From Lama guanicoe (taxonomy: Eukaryota): a stretch of 64,000 nucleotides of DNA. Made by a program: the position numbers and the translations under genes. The stretch lies in contig MU054925.1 of the NCBI GenBank assembly GCA_013239625.1, positions 34,327,538-34,391,537 of the forward strand, read 5' to 3'. Positions 38,826-51,090 of this stretch are shown one piece after another; position 1 is the first letter of the stretch; every line of letters begins with the position of its first letter. The notes under the pieces are model-generated. The model made no database searches and was not told where the DNA came from. It saw nothing but the letters and a program-made list of their open reading frames with translations.

Positions 38826-39988
38826 GGACACCGTGCGGGCTCCTGCGCCCTAGGCTGCCCAGCTGGGCCAGCCCCCCTCCCTGCCCTCCTGCCCACGCTG
38901 TGCTATGGAGCACCTTGGCCTCTTCAAGCTGGTCCACCTCCTCCTCACGTCCAGGGCTCTGTCCAGGCTGTGCCCTCCGGCCTGAAGTCCGCCTCTGCCC
39001 CCACTCCCCGGCCCGGCCCCAAGGAAACCCAGCCCTGCAACACCGACAACGTCCTGAACCACCTGCTATTTCCACGTTCGTCCAGCATGAAGGCTCCAGG
39101 AGGGGACCTACACCAGCCTGGCTGAGCGGGCCCTGCACCCAGGAGCCACTCAGATGGGGACGAACAGTCCGCAGGCGAGAGGGGTCTGTCCCTCACGGGA
39201 CCGCTTCTGTCCAGAGACGGTTAAAGGATTCAGTGTTGGAAAACGCCAACCTTCCCCGAATTAAATTGTGGTTAAGGAGGCTCTTGTCAACTTGAAAAAC
39301 TGATTCTGGAACTTAACAGAGAAAATAAATGTGCAAGAATGGTGATGAAATCTTAGGATAGAATGGGGCAGGCTTCCTCCTAACAGATACTGGTATGTAT
39401 GACAGAGCCCAGGGATTAAGGCAGCTCAGGCCTCCAAGAGAACACCAAGTCGAGCACTGTATGCCGCCACGTGTGAAAAGGGTGGGAATCGATGCCCTTC
39501 CATGTTTGCTCGAATGTGCACTTAGACGTCTGGACAGACACACGAGGAATCAGCAGCGGAGACGACCCTGCAAGAAAGGTGGGGCTGGGTGGGGGGCAGC
39601 CACAGGGGCACTCTCACTGTGGTCACTCTGTACGCCCTGGATTTTCACCCATGTGACTGTCGCACTTACTGGACCTTCAAATTCTGAAACCGAAGCATCT
39701 TAGCAGAAATACATTCAAGGTGCGTAGCAGGTGACGTGGATAAAAAGCCAAGAAACAGAGGCAGCACCTCCGTGAAGCACCGCACTTGTGAAAGGAAAGA
39801 GGCTCAAATCAAATCAGCACACCAGCTGAGCACGGACGTCTTCACGGGAAACGATACCCGCACAGCTGCTGACCCACTTGAGGGAAAACACTGGCCACCT
39901 ACCTCAGGGCGTCCACTCAGGTAACTTTCAAGGAAACTGAAGACTCAGAAGTCAACAATAAAACCACAAAATTACTAGAAAAATTGCA

Positions 39989-40009
39989 CATCACACACAC
40001 ACACACACA
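39989..40009. repeat. (CA)n microsatellite
   Basis: catcacacacacacacacacaa. Confidence 0.85.
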
Positions 40010-40330
40010 AAGTAACTACTTTTCTAGAGATGGTTCTTAGAGAATAATCTGCAAATGTACATGACAGTTTAAAATATACACATGATTTGACTAAGCCGCG
40101 CTACTTTTAGGAATTTAACCGAAAGGAAATAATGGACAAAAGACGCTAAGATATAGATGTATGTTTTGCACAGTGTTGATTTTAAACTGGAAATAAATTA
40201 AATGTATTAATAGGAAATTGGTTAAACAAATCACTCGTGTTCACTTATGAAACTGTATGCCTCTTTTAAAAAGAAGGTGTAGACCCATAGGTGTTGATGA
40301 AAAACATCCACAAGTGTTTGTAAATCAAAG
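40010..40330 (+). mobile_element. L1ME-like 3' fragment
   Basis: tttgactaagccgcgctacttttaggaatttaaccgaaaggaaataat...aactggaaataaattaaatgtattaataggaaattggttaaacaaat. Confidence 0.65.
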
Positions 40331-43300
40331 AGACTGTCTGCGACGCGGCGTGTGAAGTGCGACCCGGGGGTCACCGGACTCCCTTCTCTCCAGGGTGTGG
40401 AGTCCGGGCGCTCACTGTCTTCTTTCTCTCCTCCGTCTTCTGACTTTCTCCCTGACCTCCTGGCCGCGAAGAAGAACGGTCCCTAGCTGGGGGTCAGGCA
40501 CAGCCCAGCACACGAGAGGCCGGGGAGCCTGGGGACGGCTGCTGCAGGGACCCTGGATTCAGGGGTGGGGACGAGCAGGCCACCTCCGCCAGTCCCGTCT
40601 TGTCCCGTCCTGTCCCATCCCGTCCTGCTGGGCAGGTCCTTCCCTGCACACTCCGTCTGGTTTCCCACAGTAACACAGATCCACATTCTATCAGAGACAC
40701 GACCTGACCACAAACACAGGTCACCTTTGGGACAGAGGCCACCATCCTGTCCCGGCACCTCCTGCCCTGTCCCCCCGGTTTGGACCCCGCAGCCTCTCTC
40801 CCTGACCAAGGCGTCTACAGCTCCCAGCACCACACACTCCAGGCCTGTTTCCTTTCGTTTCTCCAGTCCCCACCGCGTTCCTGGACAAAGCTAGACTCGA
40901 CGGGGCCTCCGCCCCCACGGAGCTTGTGTCCCCGGCAAGGAGCGCGGGACGCCCCTGGAAGGGGCGGCTCCGAGGCCTGAAGCTTCCTGCCAACCTGGGG
41001 GACGCTCAGGGCACGGGAGCCAGTGCCCGAGGCGTAACCCAAAAGGCGCATACACGCTGTGTTTCAGTCTGGGTGACGCAGACTCAGGCCCCCCGGAACA
41101 CAGACCTGGGGTGGCCCAGCCTGAGTCCCCGAGAAACGCGACCAGCACGGTGCAGGGACTGGCAGCTGCCACCCAGAACGAGAGGGCCTCCCACCCGAGA
41201 GAGGCCGGTGGACCGAGGGCCAGACCCAGGAGGACCGAGGGGACTCGGCGGGGCCCCGCCACCCCCAGCACATAGGCTGAGCTGCCCAGAGGACGGAGGA
41301 CATCGGGGACAGCAGCCGGGAGAAGAGGCAGCTTCAGGTTGTGGAGCCTTCCCCTGGGAAGGGCCAGTTCAGTTTCCAGATCAAGTGCTGGTGGGACCTG
41401 AGGCAGGAGGGCCCAGCGCAGACCCTCCAGGGCCAGGGCCCCTTCCGGGAGCCACTTTCTGCTGCTTTCAGAACCACGGGGGTTCACAGGCTCCTGTGTG
41501 TGACACTTCACCTGTGACAGATGGTCACGGAGGCACAGCTGCTCACAACCTCACCTGCCCAGCGTGGAGACCCCCGCACCCTCGGCGCTCAGGCAGGGAG
41601 CCCTCACCTCTGAGCCAGTCTCCCGAGAGTGCCAGCCTGACACTCAGTTGTCCCCCACCTCATAATTCTGTGCTTTGAAACGCAAAGCAAAACTGACCGT
41701 CTTGTTTTTAAAGGAGACAGAACCTTTTTAAACGCACATCAGCAGCACACAGCACAGCCGGCAAGACCCCATCTCCCAGCACCCCCTACCCCACAGACGA
41801 CCGCCCCAAAGCAGCCGCCCGCCCGCTCAGAGCCCCCACCTCCCACAGCCAAGGGCCTGCGCAGAAGGTGTGCGGAGGGGGTGTGAATTCCAGGGACGAC
41901 CCCCCCCACCATCCGTGCTCCTCCGAGGGGCTGGGGGTGGGGGCAGCACCTTCCATCACTTCATCCTGAGCGAGTCTGGGGATCTGACACTTTCTGATGA
42001 ACGCGTGGGCCTTTTTAAAGCCCGAGTCCCTTCTGTGTTTAAGAGTCCATTTACAGAAAGAACCCGGAGGGGCAACCACAAAGTCCAGCAAGCCCACGCT
42101 CCGCGTTTTCCAGCCACAGACACGAGGCAACAGCCACCCGGGAACAGACATGCTGGGGAGATGCCAGCCTCGCAGCGGAGCCTCGCTGTTCTCAGCGTTT
42201 CAGGGAAACCGAGCGGAGGCTGTGGCGGTGTGACCCAGGCGCACGACCGCCTGCTCCCAACGACCCCCTGCTCCCAACGACCCCCACGCTCCGCCTCCCC
42301 AGAGTGCCCCGCAGTCACTGCTCAGGAAGCCAGAACCGGGGCCTTCCCCTGGAAGCAGCGAGAACTCTTCCCGGGCCCAGGTGGACAGCTGTCTCCCTGT
42401 CCATCCCCATCTGCAGTCTGGGAGACGCAGGGCACAGGCCAGTCCACCTGCTGCCACCAGGGGCAGCTTGCTTGCCCAAGCCTCTGAGCCTCTGAAAAGC
42501 AGCAAGGCCAGGGAGGCCTTGGAACAGGACGGCAGAAAGCCTGGGGAGGGCCGCGCCTCCCCCGGGGCACAGATCAAAGCCCCGTGGCGGGATGGGCGGC
42601 CCCGCACAAGGAGGCCTGCACGTGCCGGTCCCCAGAGGCCTTTTCCAGCCGACGGTGAGGACCAGGGACCACAGACAGCCCAGGGCACAAGAGTGGTCTG
42701 ATTCACTAGAGGAAACGTCCTCTCTGGACACTCAGGCCCCCCGACGAGGGGTCCCCAGAAGATGACAAGCATTCCATCAGGACACGTGCCCAGGAGCGGG
42801 ACCTGCGGGGAAGAGCACCGCCTGCAGACACAGCAGGGCACGGTGGCCCCATCCTGGGGAGCCCCACCTGCTCCCCACCACCCACACGCCTGCCTGGACA
42901 TGAAGCACCAGGCCGCGAAACCACCCCGACATCCCTAAGGACGTCCCCTCTGCACGCAGAGAAGCGGGACCGGCCCGACAGAGCCTGGGCCTGGCTGTGG
43001 GAAAGCCACTCTCCTCGGGAGCCAGGGAACCAGCATTCAGCCTTCGAGGGGCTCGTCTCCTCGCTCACGTGATGAGATGACATCAAACAAAAACCCACGG
43101 CCTCTGCCTGAGAAAGAACTTTCCTTTCCAAAAAGCCAAGCCAGAAATAAAATCTGACAACCCTGCGCTCCGGGAGTGGAGCAGGACCTTCAAGGGTTAA
43201 CCGTTGCTCTCTGCCCCTGTGCTCTAGTGCTCTGGAGAACACTCCCAAGAGATGGGCAAACTTAACCCAGCCAGAAAGGGAAACTCTCCAGCTTTCTGAA

Positions 43301-43961
43301 ACACAGCTGGAAAGAAAAGGGAAGAGAATGCAGTGAACGCCCAACACCCGCCAAGTGCTGTGTGTGCGCATTCTTGGTTAGTGCTTCTAACGCATGAGCC
43401 TAGGCAGGGTGCTGGGCGGTCCCGCGCAGGAGGAAATGGAGGCAGGGGCAGGACCTGTTCCAGGGAAGGTGGCTCGCGAACCGCAGAAGAGGGACTCACA
43501 GTGAGGTCCCCGTGCTCAGCGCTGCCAGCCCGGGAGCTCCCGGTGAGTGGGCACACAGCCAAGGGTCGCCGTGGGGCCAGCCCTCAGCCCCCAGGACGGG
43601 CACACCTCTCTGGAGCTAAAAAGGACCAGAAGCTCTTCAGCTGAAAAATAACACTGACACGAGGACCAGAGGGGCCAGGCGCGTCGGCGACCATGTCGCC
43701 CCCGATGCTCCTGCTCTCCACACCTTCACAGACCGGGACAAATGCTGGCTGCCGTCTAACTCTCCCCGCGCTGTGCCTGGGGCCGACCGTCAGAGGTTGG
43801 CGGGACAACGCCCCTCTTCCAGGATGCAGCTGGGACACCAATGGTGAGCACAGCCAAACAACACGAGGGCTGTGGCGGCGGGCACAGCCGCGGAGAGGAA
43901 GGCGAAGAGCTGCAGGAGCTCGCGGCACAGCGAAGGCAGAAGGGACGGCCCCCTGTCCAAG

Positions 43962-44100
43962 CACGTGTGTGTGCGTGTGCACTGTGCACGTAAGTTTACA
44001 CTGCCTGCTACAGCATCACCACGTCTTTTATGTGTGTGTGCATGTGCGTGTGCGCACACTGTGCATGTAAGTTTACATTGTCTATCAAAGTGTCGCCACC
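43962..44100. repeat. Imperfect local tandem duplication (two copies of gtgtgc...cactgtgca(c/t)gtaagtttaca(c/t)tg...ccac)
   Basis: cactgtgcacgtaagtttacactgcct (~43980) and cactgtgcatgtaagtttacattgtct (~44057). Confidence 0.7.
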
Positions 44101-44284
44101 ACCTTTATCCCCGTTTTATTTTTTAGTGGGTTCATTACTTACTTTGCTGGAGTGCTTCCTCAAGTAATTCTCTCAGGAAACGTTTAGACGTTATAAACTT
44201 TATCCTTTCAAGTCATTCCCATGAAAAAGTTTTAAAATTATACCTTTTAAAAATACTGTTTAGAACAAAAATTGGGGGAAAAAA

Positions 44285-44460
44285 CACACATGAAGTACAA
44301 CTGCTAGAGTCCCAGAAAGAAAGAAGGGTGATACAGAAAAACACTTGCAGAAATCATGATTTACAACTTTCCAAAGTTGGTGGGGAAAATCCCATAAAGC
44401 TGAGAGAATCCCGAACAGGACGAACCTCACGAAGCCCACCCCAGACAAGTCGCACTCAAG
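44285..44460 (+). mobile_element. L1 ORF1 fragment
   Basis: gagtcccagaaagaaagaaggg...gcagaaatcatgatttacaactttccaaagttg...agctgagagaatcccgaacagga. Confidence 0.6.
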
Positions 44461-44808
44461 AGCGCTGTGCCCGGGGACACTGAGCGAAGAGTCGGCGACA
44501 CCGCGATGCTCGGAAAGGCCTTTCCTGGGGCTTCCACAGGCCCCTGTCCTCCCTCTTGTTTGCAACCTTTCCTCCCTGTTGACGCTCTCCCTTTGGCACA
44601 AACGTGCTGGAGGCCCCCGAGCACGTCACCTATTCACCCGCTTCTGCTGGGAGGAGCTGTGCCTCCTCCTCCTGTCCTGGTGATTCTGTTCACATACTTT
44701 AAAAACCTCTAGATTTTGAAATAATTTTAGGCTTGCATAGAAGTTGCAGAAGCACTGCAGAGACTCCCACGAGCCCGCCCCGCAACGACAGCTTGAGTGA
44801 GCCGAGCG

Positions 44809-45006
44809 CAGGGCTGCTCCGCCTCAGCACGGTGCCTGTGGGCATGGGGCACCCTTCTGGGGAGGGGCGTGCCCTGTGCACTGGGTGATGGTTAGCAGCC
44901 CCGGCCTGGACCCGTGAGGCGCTGGTGGTTCTCCCCTGCATGTGGCAAACGGTGCTGTCCCAGATGTCACCGGGAGTCCCCGAAGCACCCAGGCTGGAAA
45001 CTTGTC
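44809..45006 (-). mobile_element. MER20 (hAT-Charlie) DNA transposon, nearly full length, GC-shifted
   Basis: cagggctgctccgcctcagcac...gccctgtgcactgggtgatggttagcagccccggcctggaccc...tgtggcaaac...tgtcccagatgtcacc aligns to the recalled MER20 reverse complement (gtcctgtgcattgtaggatgtttagcagcatccctggcctctaccc). Confidence 0.7.
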
Positions 45007-45372
45007 TGTGTTAGCCCATCAGCTTTCTGTTCCTGCTGGAGCAGCTCGCCACGCACTGTGCGGCCCAGGACGGGCACCGCCAGGGCTCCGCGGGGCAGGG
45101 TCCACCGGGGGCTCGGCAGGAACCTGCTCCCAGGCTCTGGAGGGGGCAGAACCGGCTCCTTCCTCGTGCCCACGGGGCCCCTCCTCCTTCACCCCAGCAG
45201 CGGAGCCCCGGCCTCCTCGGGCTCCGAATCTCCCATTCTCTCTTCTGCTCTGAAGGGGCCCTGGGGGCCACTGGGCCCTCAGTATAACCCAGAGTCACGT
45301 CCTATCGCTCAGTCGGGGGGCCGGGGGCCTGTGCCCACCGTGGGGCAGACAGCACACCCAGAGGCTGTGCCG

Positions 45373-45927
45373 CTGTGGGCGTGGGTCACATGGGGAGGGA
45401 GGCCGCTGTGTCCGTGGGTCACACAGGGTGGGAGACCATTGTGTCTGTAGGTCACATAGGGTGGGAGACCCCTGTGTCCGTGGGTCACACAGGGAGGGAG
45501 GCCGCTGTGTCCGTGGGTCACACAGGGCGGGGAGACCCCTGTGTCCGTGGGTCACATGGGGTGGGGAGGCCGCTGTGTCCGTGGGTCACACGGGGCGGGG
45601 AGACCACTGTGTCCGTGGGTCACACAGGGTGGGAGACCACTGTGTCTGTGGGTCACACAGGGTGGGGAGACCCCTGTGTCCGTGGGTCACACAGGGTGGG
45701 GAGACCCCTGTGTCCGTGGGTCACATGGGGAGGGAGGCCGCTGTGTCCGTGGGTCACACAGGGTGGGAGACCATTGTGTCTGTAGGTCACATAGGGTGGG
45801 AGATCCCTGTGTCCATGGGTCACATGGGGAGGGAGGCCGCTGTGTCCGTGGGTCACACAGGGTGGGAGACCCTTGTGTCCATGGGTCACACGGCAGGGGG
45901 GAGGCCACTGTGTCAGGGTCACACAGG
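45373..45927. repeat. GC-rich minisatellite (VNTR): 16 full units of 33-34 bp plus partials, consensus GTGGGTCACACAGGGTGGG(G)AGACCCCTGTGTCC
   Basis: Counted directly from 45381. It produces the repetitive ORFs (VSVGHTGWETP / CDPRTQGSP) in the ORF track. Confidence 0.97.
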
Positions 45928-48169
45928 CGCCACCTTCTGAGATCGGCTTTAATTTCATTCAGCACGACGCCCTTGAGGCCCGCCCAAACTGCTGTTGCGC
46001 ACAGACAGTCGGTCCTGCTCTGTGCCGAGCAGCAGCCCACTGTGCGGTTGCGTCAGGCTGTCCACCCGTGTGAAAGACACTTGTTTCCAGTTTTGGCTGC
46101 TACAAATACAGCCGCTGTCTGTGCACTTACATGCACAGTTTCTGTGCAAACCTTTCACTTCTCCACCACAAACACACGGGAGGGGGCTGCTGGGGCTCTC
46201 GGTGAGCGTATGCTAACGTTATGAGACGCTGCAAACTGCTGTGCAGAGTGGCTGTGCCGTCTCCCGCTCCTCACAGCACAGGGTGAGCGAGCCAGCTCCC
46301 GAGCACCCTTCCTCATGTGGTGCTGGAGTACCTGAAGTGAAAGAACGCCAGCGTGTGGAGTCATCAGCCGTCCCAGCAGACGCGAAGGGGCAGCTTGCTG
46401 GCCCGTAACCTGCACTTGCCCCGGCGCTGCTGAGACCACTTCTCCTGGCTCGCTGGGCATCTGCAGCCCCGCTCTGGGACGCGCCCGTCCGCCTTCCACC
46501 CGTCCCCCAGCCGGACTGCTCCCTCTCTGTGCAGAGCCCTGTGCCTCCTAAGCGCGGCCTTTCTGTGTGTGCGGCGTGGGACGTGCACGCCCCGCCCCCC
46601 AAAGCCCTGCCCTGTCAGTGTCTCTGGGAACAGAGCTTCCACCCGCACGAAGCCCAGTCTGCCAGCTGCTCTCCCAGGGATCACGCATTCGGTGTCGTTT
46701 TTCAGAGCCCTTCGCCTAACCCTGGCCCAAGAAGATTCTCCTCCTTCATTTTCTTTGAAAAGCTGCCTGGCTTTTCATTTTATATTTAGGTCTGCAACAT
46801 TTTGAGTTCATGTTTGTATGAGGAACGAGGTTGAGTTTGCGCTCATTTCTCGTAACCCTGTTGCAAAGACGATCTTTCTTTATCAAACTGCTTTTGAGCA
46901 TTAGTCAGAAGTCAGTTGACCACATCTGTGTGGGTCTCTCTCCAGACTGTCCTCAGTCTGTCAATCCGTGTGGTTACTCGTCGCCCGTACGCCTCCATCC
47001 TGGTCACTTTACCTGCATGGCCAGTCCTGCAGCTGGACACTTTGGTTCCCTCAACTTACTCTTTCTCAGAACTGCTTCAGCTCTTCGATGTGCTGTGCAT
47101 TTCCACAGACACTTTAGAATGAGTTTGCCCGTGTCTGCAAGAAGTTCAGCTGAGAGTCTGACAGGAATCACATTAAGCTTACAGAGCATTTCGGGGAGAG
47201 CTGGGGTCTTCACAATGTTAGGTCTTCCGCCTCGTGAACACAGTATGTCTCTTTAAATGTGAAAATCACCTTGGATGTATTTTATCAATATCTTGAAGTT
47301 CTCAGCAAACCCAGCCTGTGCGTGGTTGTCAGATTTACATACGTCTCGTGTGTGGGGTTTGTGCGTGTGCATGTGTGCACGTGTGCTGTGGAGGGAGCTG
47401 CGCTCAGGGGCGTTGTGCTTTAAGTCTTGGTCTCCGGGCGTTCGCTGCTAGGAAGCAGAACGAAGACCGACTCCGCGCGGCGGCCTGTGCGTGTCTCCTG
47501 TGGCCTTGCTAACCCAGGAGCTGCTGAGTTAACGCCTCAGGTTTTCTGCTTAGACAGGCACATCCACAAAGAGACACTGCTTTTTATCTCTGCTTTTTCT
47601 CATCTATTTGCTCTTTCTTGACTGCATGGGTAGAGCTCCCAGGACTACGATGAGCAGGGTGGCGGGAATGGTGCACCTGCCGGCCACGCTCCTGCCTCCC
47701 CAGCCCGGCCCCCGGTGCCCTCCTGCCAGCACCCGGGCCTCACGGGGAAGCGGGGAACGGCCGCCTGGCCTCAGCGCCCGCCCTCCCTCACGCAGTGTGG
47801 GGGGGTTGAGAAGAAACAGAGCTGGAAGAGGCTGGCAGGCGAACAGAAGTTCTGAGAATGGGGTGGAAGCAGAGAGGTCTCAGCAGGCGGGAAAGAGCAG
47901 GGCAGGACCAACGTGGACCTAGGCCGAGGACTCCGGGGGCGAGACCCTGGGGCACGGTGAGGGACTGAAGTCACGCCAGATGCGGACGGTGTCACCAGAG
48001 AGAGGAGAGCGCGAGGCTGGGTTGAGCGGGTCCTACACATCCTGTCTGTGGCCAGCATGCCTACCGGCCATCACGGCTCCTGCTCCCCCCACAGGGCCTG
48101 CGTCTCCCCCGGGAGGTCAGCAGGAAGGGGCTACCCCGCACCTGCAGAGGCTCCACTGGACCCCCCACA

Positions 48170-48531
48170 TGAGGCTGGTCAGGCTGCCGGAACAAACCCA
48201 CTGCAGCCTAGGGGGCTTGTTAACAGCAGAAACTTACGTCTGAAACAAATCGACATCCAAGTCTCAAGTCTGGAGTCCAGAAGCCCAACACCGAGGTGTC
48301 AGCAGGCTGGTGTCTGGTGAGAGCTGGCACCCAGGTTCGCAGACCTGTCCTCCCGCTGGGTCTTCACGGCATGAAGGGCGCTCTGGGGTCTCCTTCATAC
48401 GGACAGCAACTCCACGCCCAAGGCCCTGCCCTCAGACCTAGTCACCTCCCTAGGACCCCACCCCCTGTACCGTCACCTTGGGGTCAGGTTTCAACGTGGG
48501 ACGTGGGGACACAGACATTCGGTCCCCAGCA
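48170..48531 (-). mobile_element. MLT1A-like MaLR solo LTR
   Basis: aggctgccggaacaaacccactgcagcctagggggcttgttaacagcagaaactta...ctggagtccagaagcccaac...agtcacctccctaggacccc...tcaccttggggtcaggtttcaacgtgg...ggacacagacattcggtccccagca. Confidence 0.8.
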
Positions 48532-50989
48532 CTGCCCCACTCAAAAGTGTGCCCTGTCCTCCTCTTTGCAGAGGCCTGCGTTACTCATCCCTCCCCCATT
48601 CAGGTCCTGAACAAGGCCAGGGTTGTGAACTGACCCCAGCATGTACCAGAGGCCCCCACCCAAACCAGTGGCCAGCACACCTGACCGGAGCCCCAGCCTG
48701 CACCCCACACCACCCACCACCTCACCAGTGACAGTCGATGACCTAGAAGGCACGTATGGCTCCACAGCACGTGTCTTCACTGGAAAAATCACACCAAGCA
48801 GGGCCTGAGGTTGCTCCAGGGGTGGGATAAGGATGTCCATGTGGCTTCTTCAAACGCGAAGGCTTTCTCATGTTCCTTCTCCAAAATGCGGTGAATCTGC
48901 TCTGAGCTCCCAGGGCCGTGCGCGTAACGACGGCACGCGGTAGCCAGTCTGACCACGTGGCTTCCTGACCCAGCAAAGGTGACGTGGACGCGCAGGGTGG
49001 CGTCCCTGAGAAAGGGGCAGGGCCTCCCTGCTGACCCTCCCCTGTGGGCACTCTCCTCCGTGACAGAAGGGAGTCTGGAGGCTGAGGACGGCCCTCACTG
49101 CACCTGCCTGCCCAGCGCCCCCGCCGGCCCAGGAAGAGCAGGACCACACGACCAGAGGGCCTGGGGGACAGTCAGCCAGAGAGCCCTGCCCTCCCCTCCT
49201 GAGGCTGTGAGGGGCTCACGGACTTGAGCCACTGGAGCGAGAAAGGACAGCCTGGCTCCTCCTGAGTGTCCAGCAAGGCGGGCTCCAGCTCTCCTCTCGG
49301 GGCCTCTGTGCAGCTTTCCCTTTGCCTCCAAGAGCCGCCTGACATCCAGCGTCTTCCAGGAGCCCCGTGCTCTTTTGCAGGGTGGGCTTTTGTTGCTGGA
49401 AGAGAACTTAGCAGGGAGCAGCACCAGGTGGAGTCAGAAACGGCTGGTCCCCACCTCCAGGGCCTGCGACATCACCGCCCACTGTCAGGGGGCCGGGACA
49501 GGCACGAACACCGCCCCAGAGGGCAGGCGACGCAGAACGGCCTGGCACCGCAGAAACACAGGGGCGGGAGCAGAGCGCAGCAGACGGCAGCCCCTCATTA
49601 TTCAATTACTCACTCTGTAAATCGAGAATTAACGTTCAGGGCTCTGGTGAGTGACATAATTACAATTTAAGAAGGGCAATTAATCATCCGCTTGTTGTGT
49701 ACCGCCTTGCCGGGAGCTGCGCCGCGAGCATGGCCACACAGGACCATACCCGCAGGTGCGCATCCGCCTCTCCCGCCTCTCCTGGGAGCCCAGGCCAGGC
49801 GGGGTCCCCACACCTGCCCGGGGTCCCTGTGCTGGAGAACGCAGGCCCTTCCTCGGCTCCATGCTCAGCTCTGAGGGGCCGGAGAGCGTGGGGAAGGAGG
49901 CGGGAGCAGAGGAGGACCGGCAGCAGGCATCTGCCTCCTTGCGAGTCACTCCTCCAGCCCCAATCCCCCGCCGATGCCCAGCTGCTCAGCCAGACTCCAA
50001 GATCCAGCCAGAGGCATTTCTGGTTTCTTCCAATGGGAAGACTGGGACAGAGAGCTCGCCCGAAGGAAGCACCTCCAGGGGAGGAGCCTCTAAAGGAAAA
50101 GCCTCGGGGGCTGAGTTCTACTGCACAAAATCTGTGTCCCGAAGCCACCAGCACCTCGGGCCAAATCACAGGCTACTCCAGCTCCTGAGCTCAGCAATCA
50201 ACGGCCCTGCTGCCCGACACTTCTCGGAGTATTGGCACCTGTCGGCCCAGTCCCCTGGTGTCCTGGTAAAGTCCCACAGGGCTGCTTCTGTCCCCAGTTT
50301 GGTGGGCAGTGACAGGCTGTGATCTTAGGACGGGCAGGCCCCTCAGCCAGCCTCAGGGGCAGCTGTGACCGACCCAAAGCAGCTACGCCAATCCAGCCCT
50401 GTCCGGCTGCGACTGGTCCTCTGTCCAGGGGTCCTCTGCCCCACGTCCAGCCAAGGAGATGGGTGTGCAAGTCACTGGACAGCCGTCCTGCCAGAAAGGA
50501 GAGACAGATCCACGGCCTGCCCCACCCTGCTTGAGACGCGGGCCAAGGACTCAGGCCCGGTGGCCGCGAGGGATGCTCAGGCCCGTGGCGCAGAGAAGCG
50601 CCTGCTGTCGGTGCAGGGGGACGACACAGGTTTGGGCCGTGGAGCCTCCGCAGTTGAGCGTTCGTCCCTCGCCGCCCGGAGCAGTCCTGCCCACTCGGCC
50701 ACACTCCCGGGAGCACAGGCTCCCCATGCGCCCTCCTCCAGGACCCAGAAGCCTGAAGTGTCCACAGGGACTGGACAGTCAAGGGTCACAGCACGTGGAC
50801 CTCGAGGCCCCCACACTCCAGACCGGCCAGCCCAGAAAGAACCAGGCGAAGAGAAAGGCCCCCGGCGTGCAACAGGAGGGAAGACCAGGCAGGAACGCTG
50901 GCCTGCGTACCCGGCAGCGGGCTCTGGGCGGGCGTGGAAGACGCTGCTAGGTTTCACCCGAGGGGGGAGCCAGGCAGCCAGAGGACGGC

Positions 50990-51090
50990 CGACGGGGCCT
51001 TTTGTACACCTTGACTTTTGAGTCCTATCAGTGTGTTATCCACTCAAAAATAAAATTAAAGATGAAAGAATGAATACAAAAAATAAAAGG
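50990..51090 (+). mobile_element. Old L1 (L1MC/ME) extreme 3' end
   Basis: ccttttgtacaccttgacttttgagtcctatcagtgtgttatccactcaaaaataaaattaaa. Confidence 0.55.

Larger units (their letters stand above)
44700..47650 (-). mobile_element. Ancient L1MC-like element (3' end at ~44700), interrupted by MER20 and the minisatellite
   Basis: ttttgaaataattttaggcttgcatagaagttgcagaag (L1MC 3' end, reverse), ttgtttccagttttggctgctacaaatacagccgct (46081), ttttcattttatatttaggtctg (46772), actttagaatgagtttgcccgtgtctgcaa (47111). Confidence 0.8.

Noticed and set aside
42452-42468. CTCF-like motif gccaccaggggcagc (also partial matches near 63195 and 63455)
   Set aside because: Imperfect core spacing; such matches are frequent by chance in GC-rich DNA.
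45373-45927. Regularly spaced ~33-bp repeats could be mistaken for a CRISPR array or a repeat-protein gene
   Set aside because: Units are contiguous with no unique spacers, there are no cas genes and the context is mammalian. Mixed 33/34-bp units shift the reading frame, so it is not coding.
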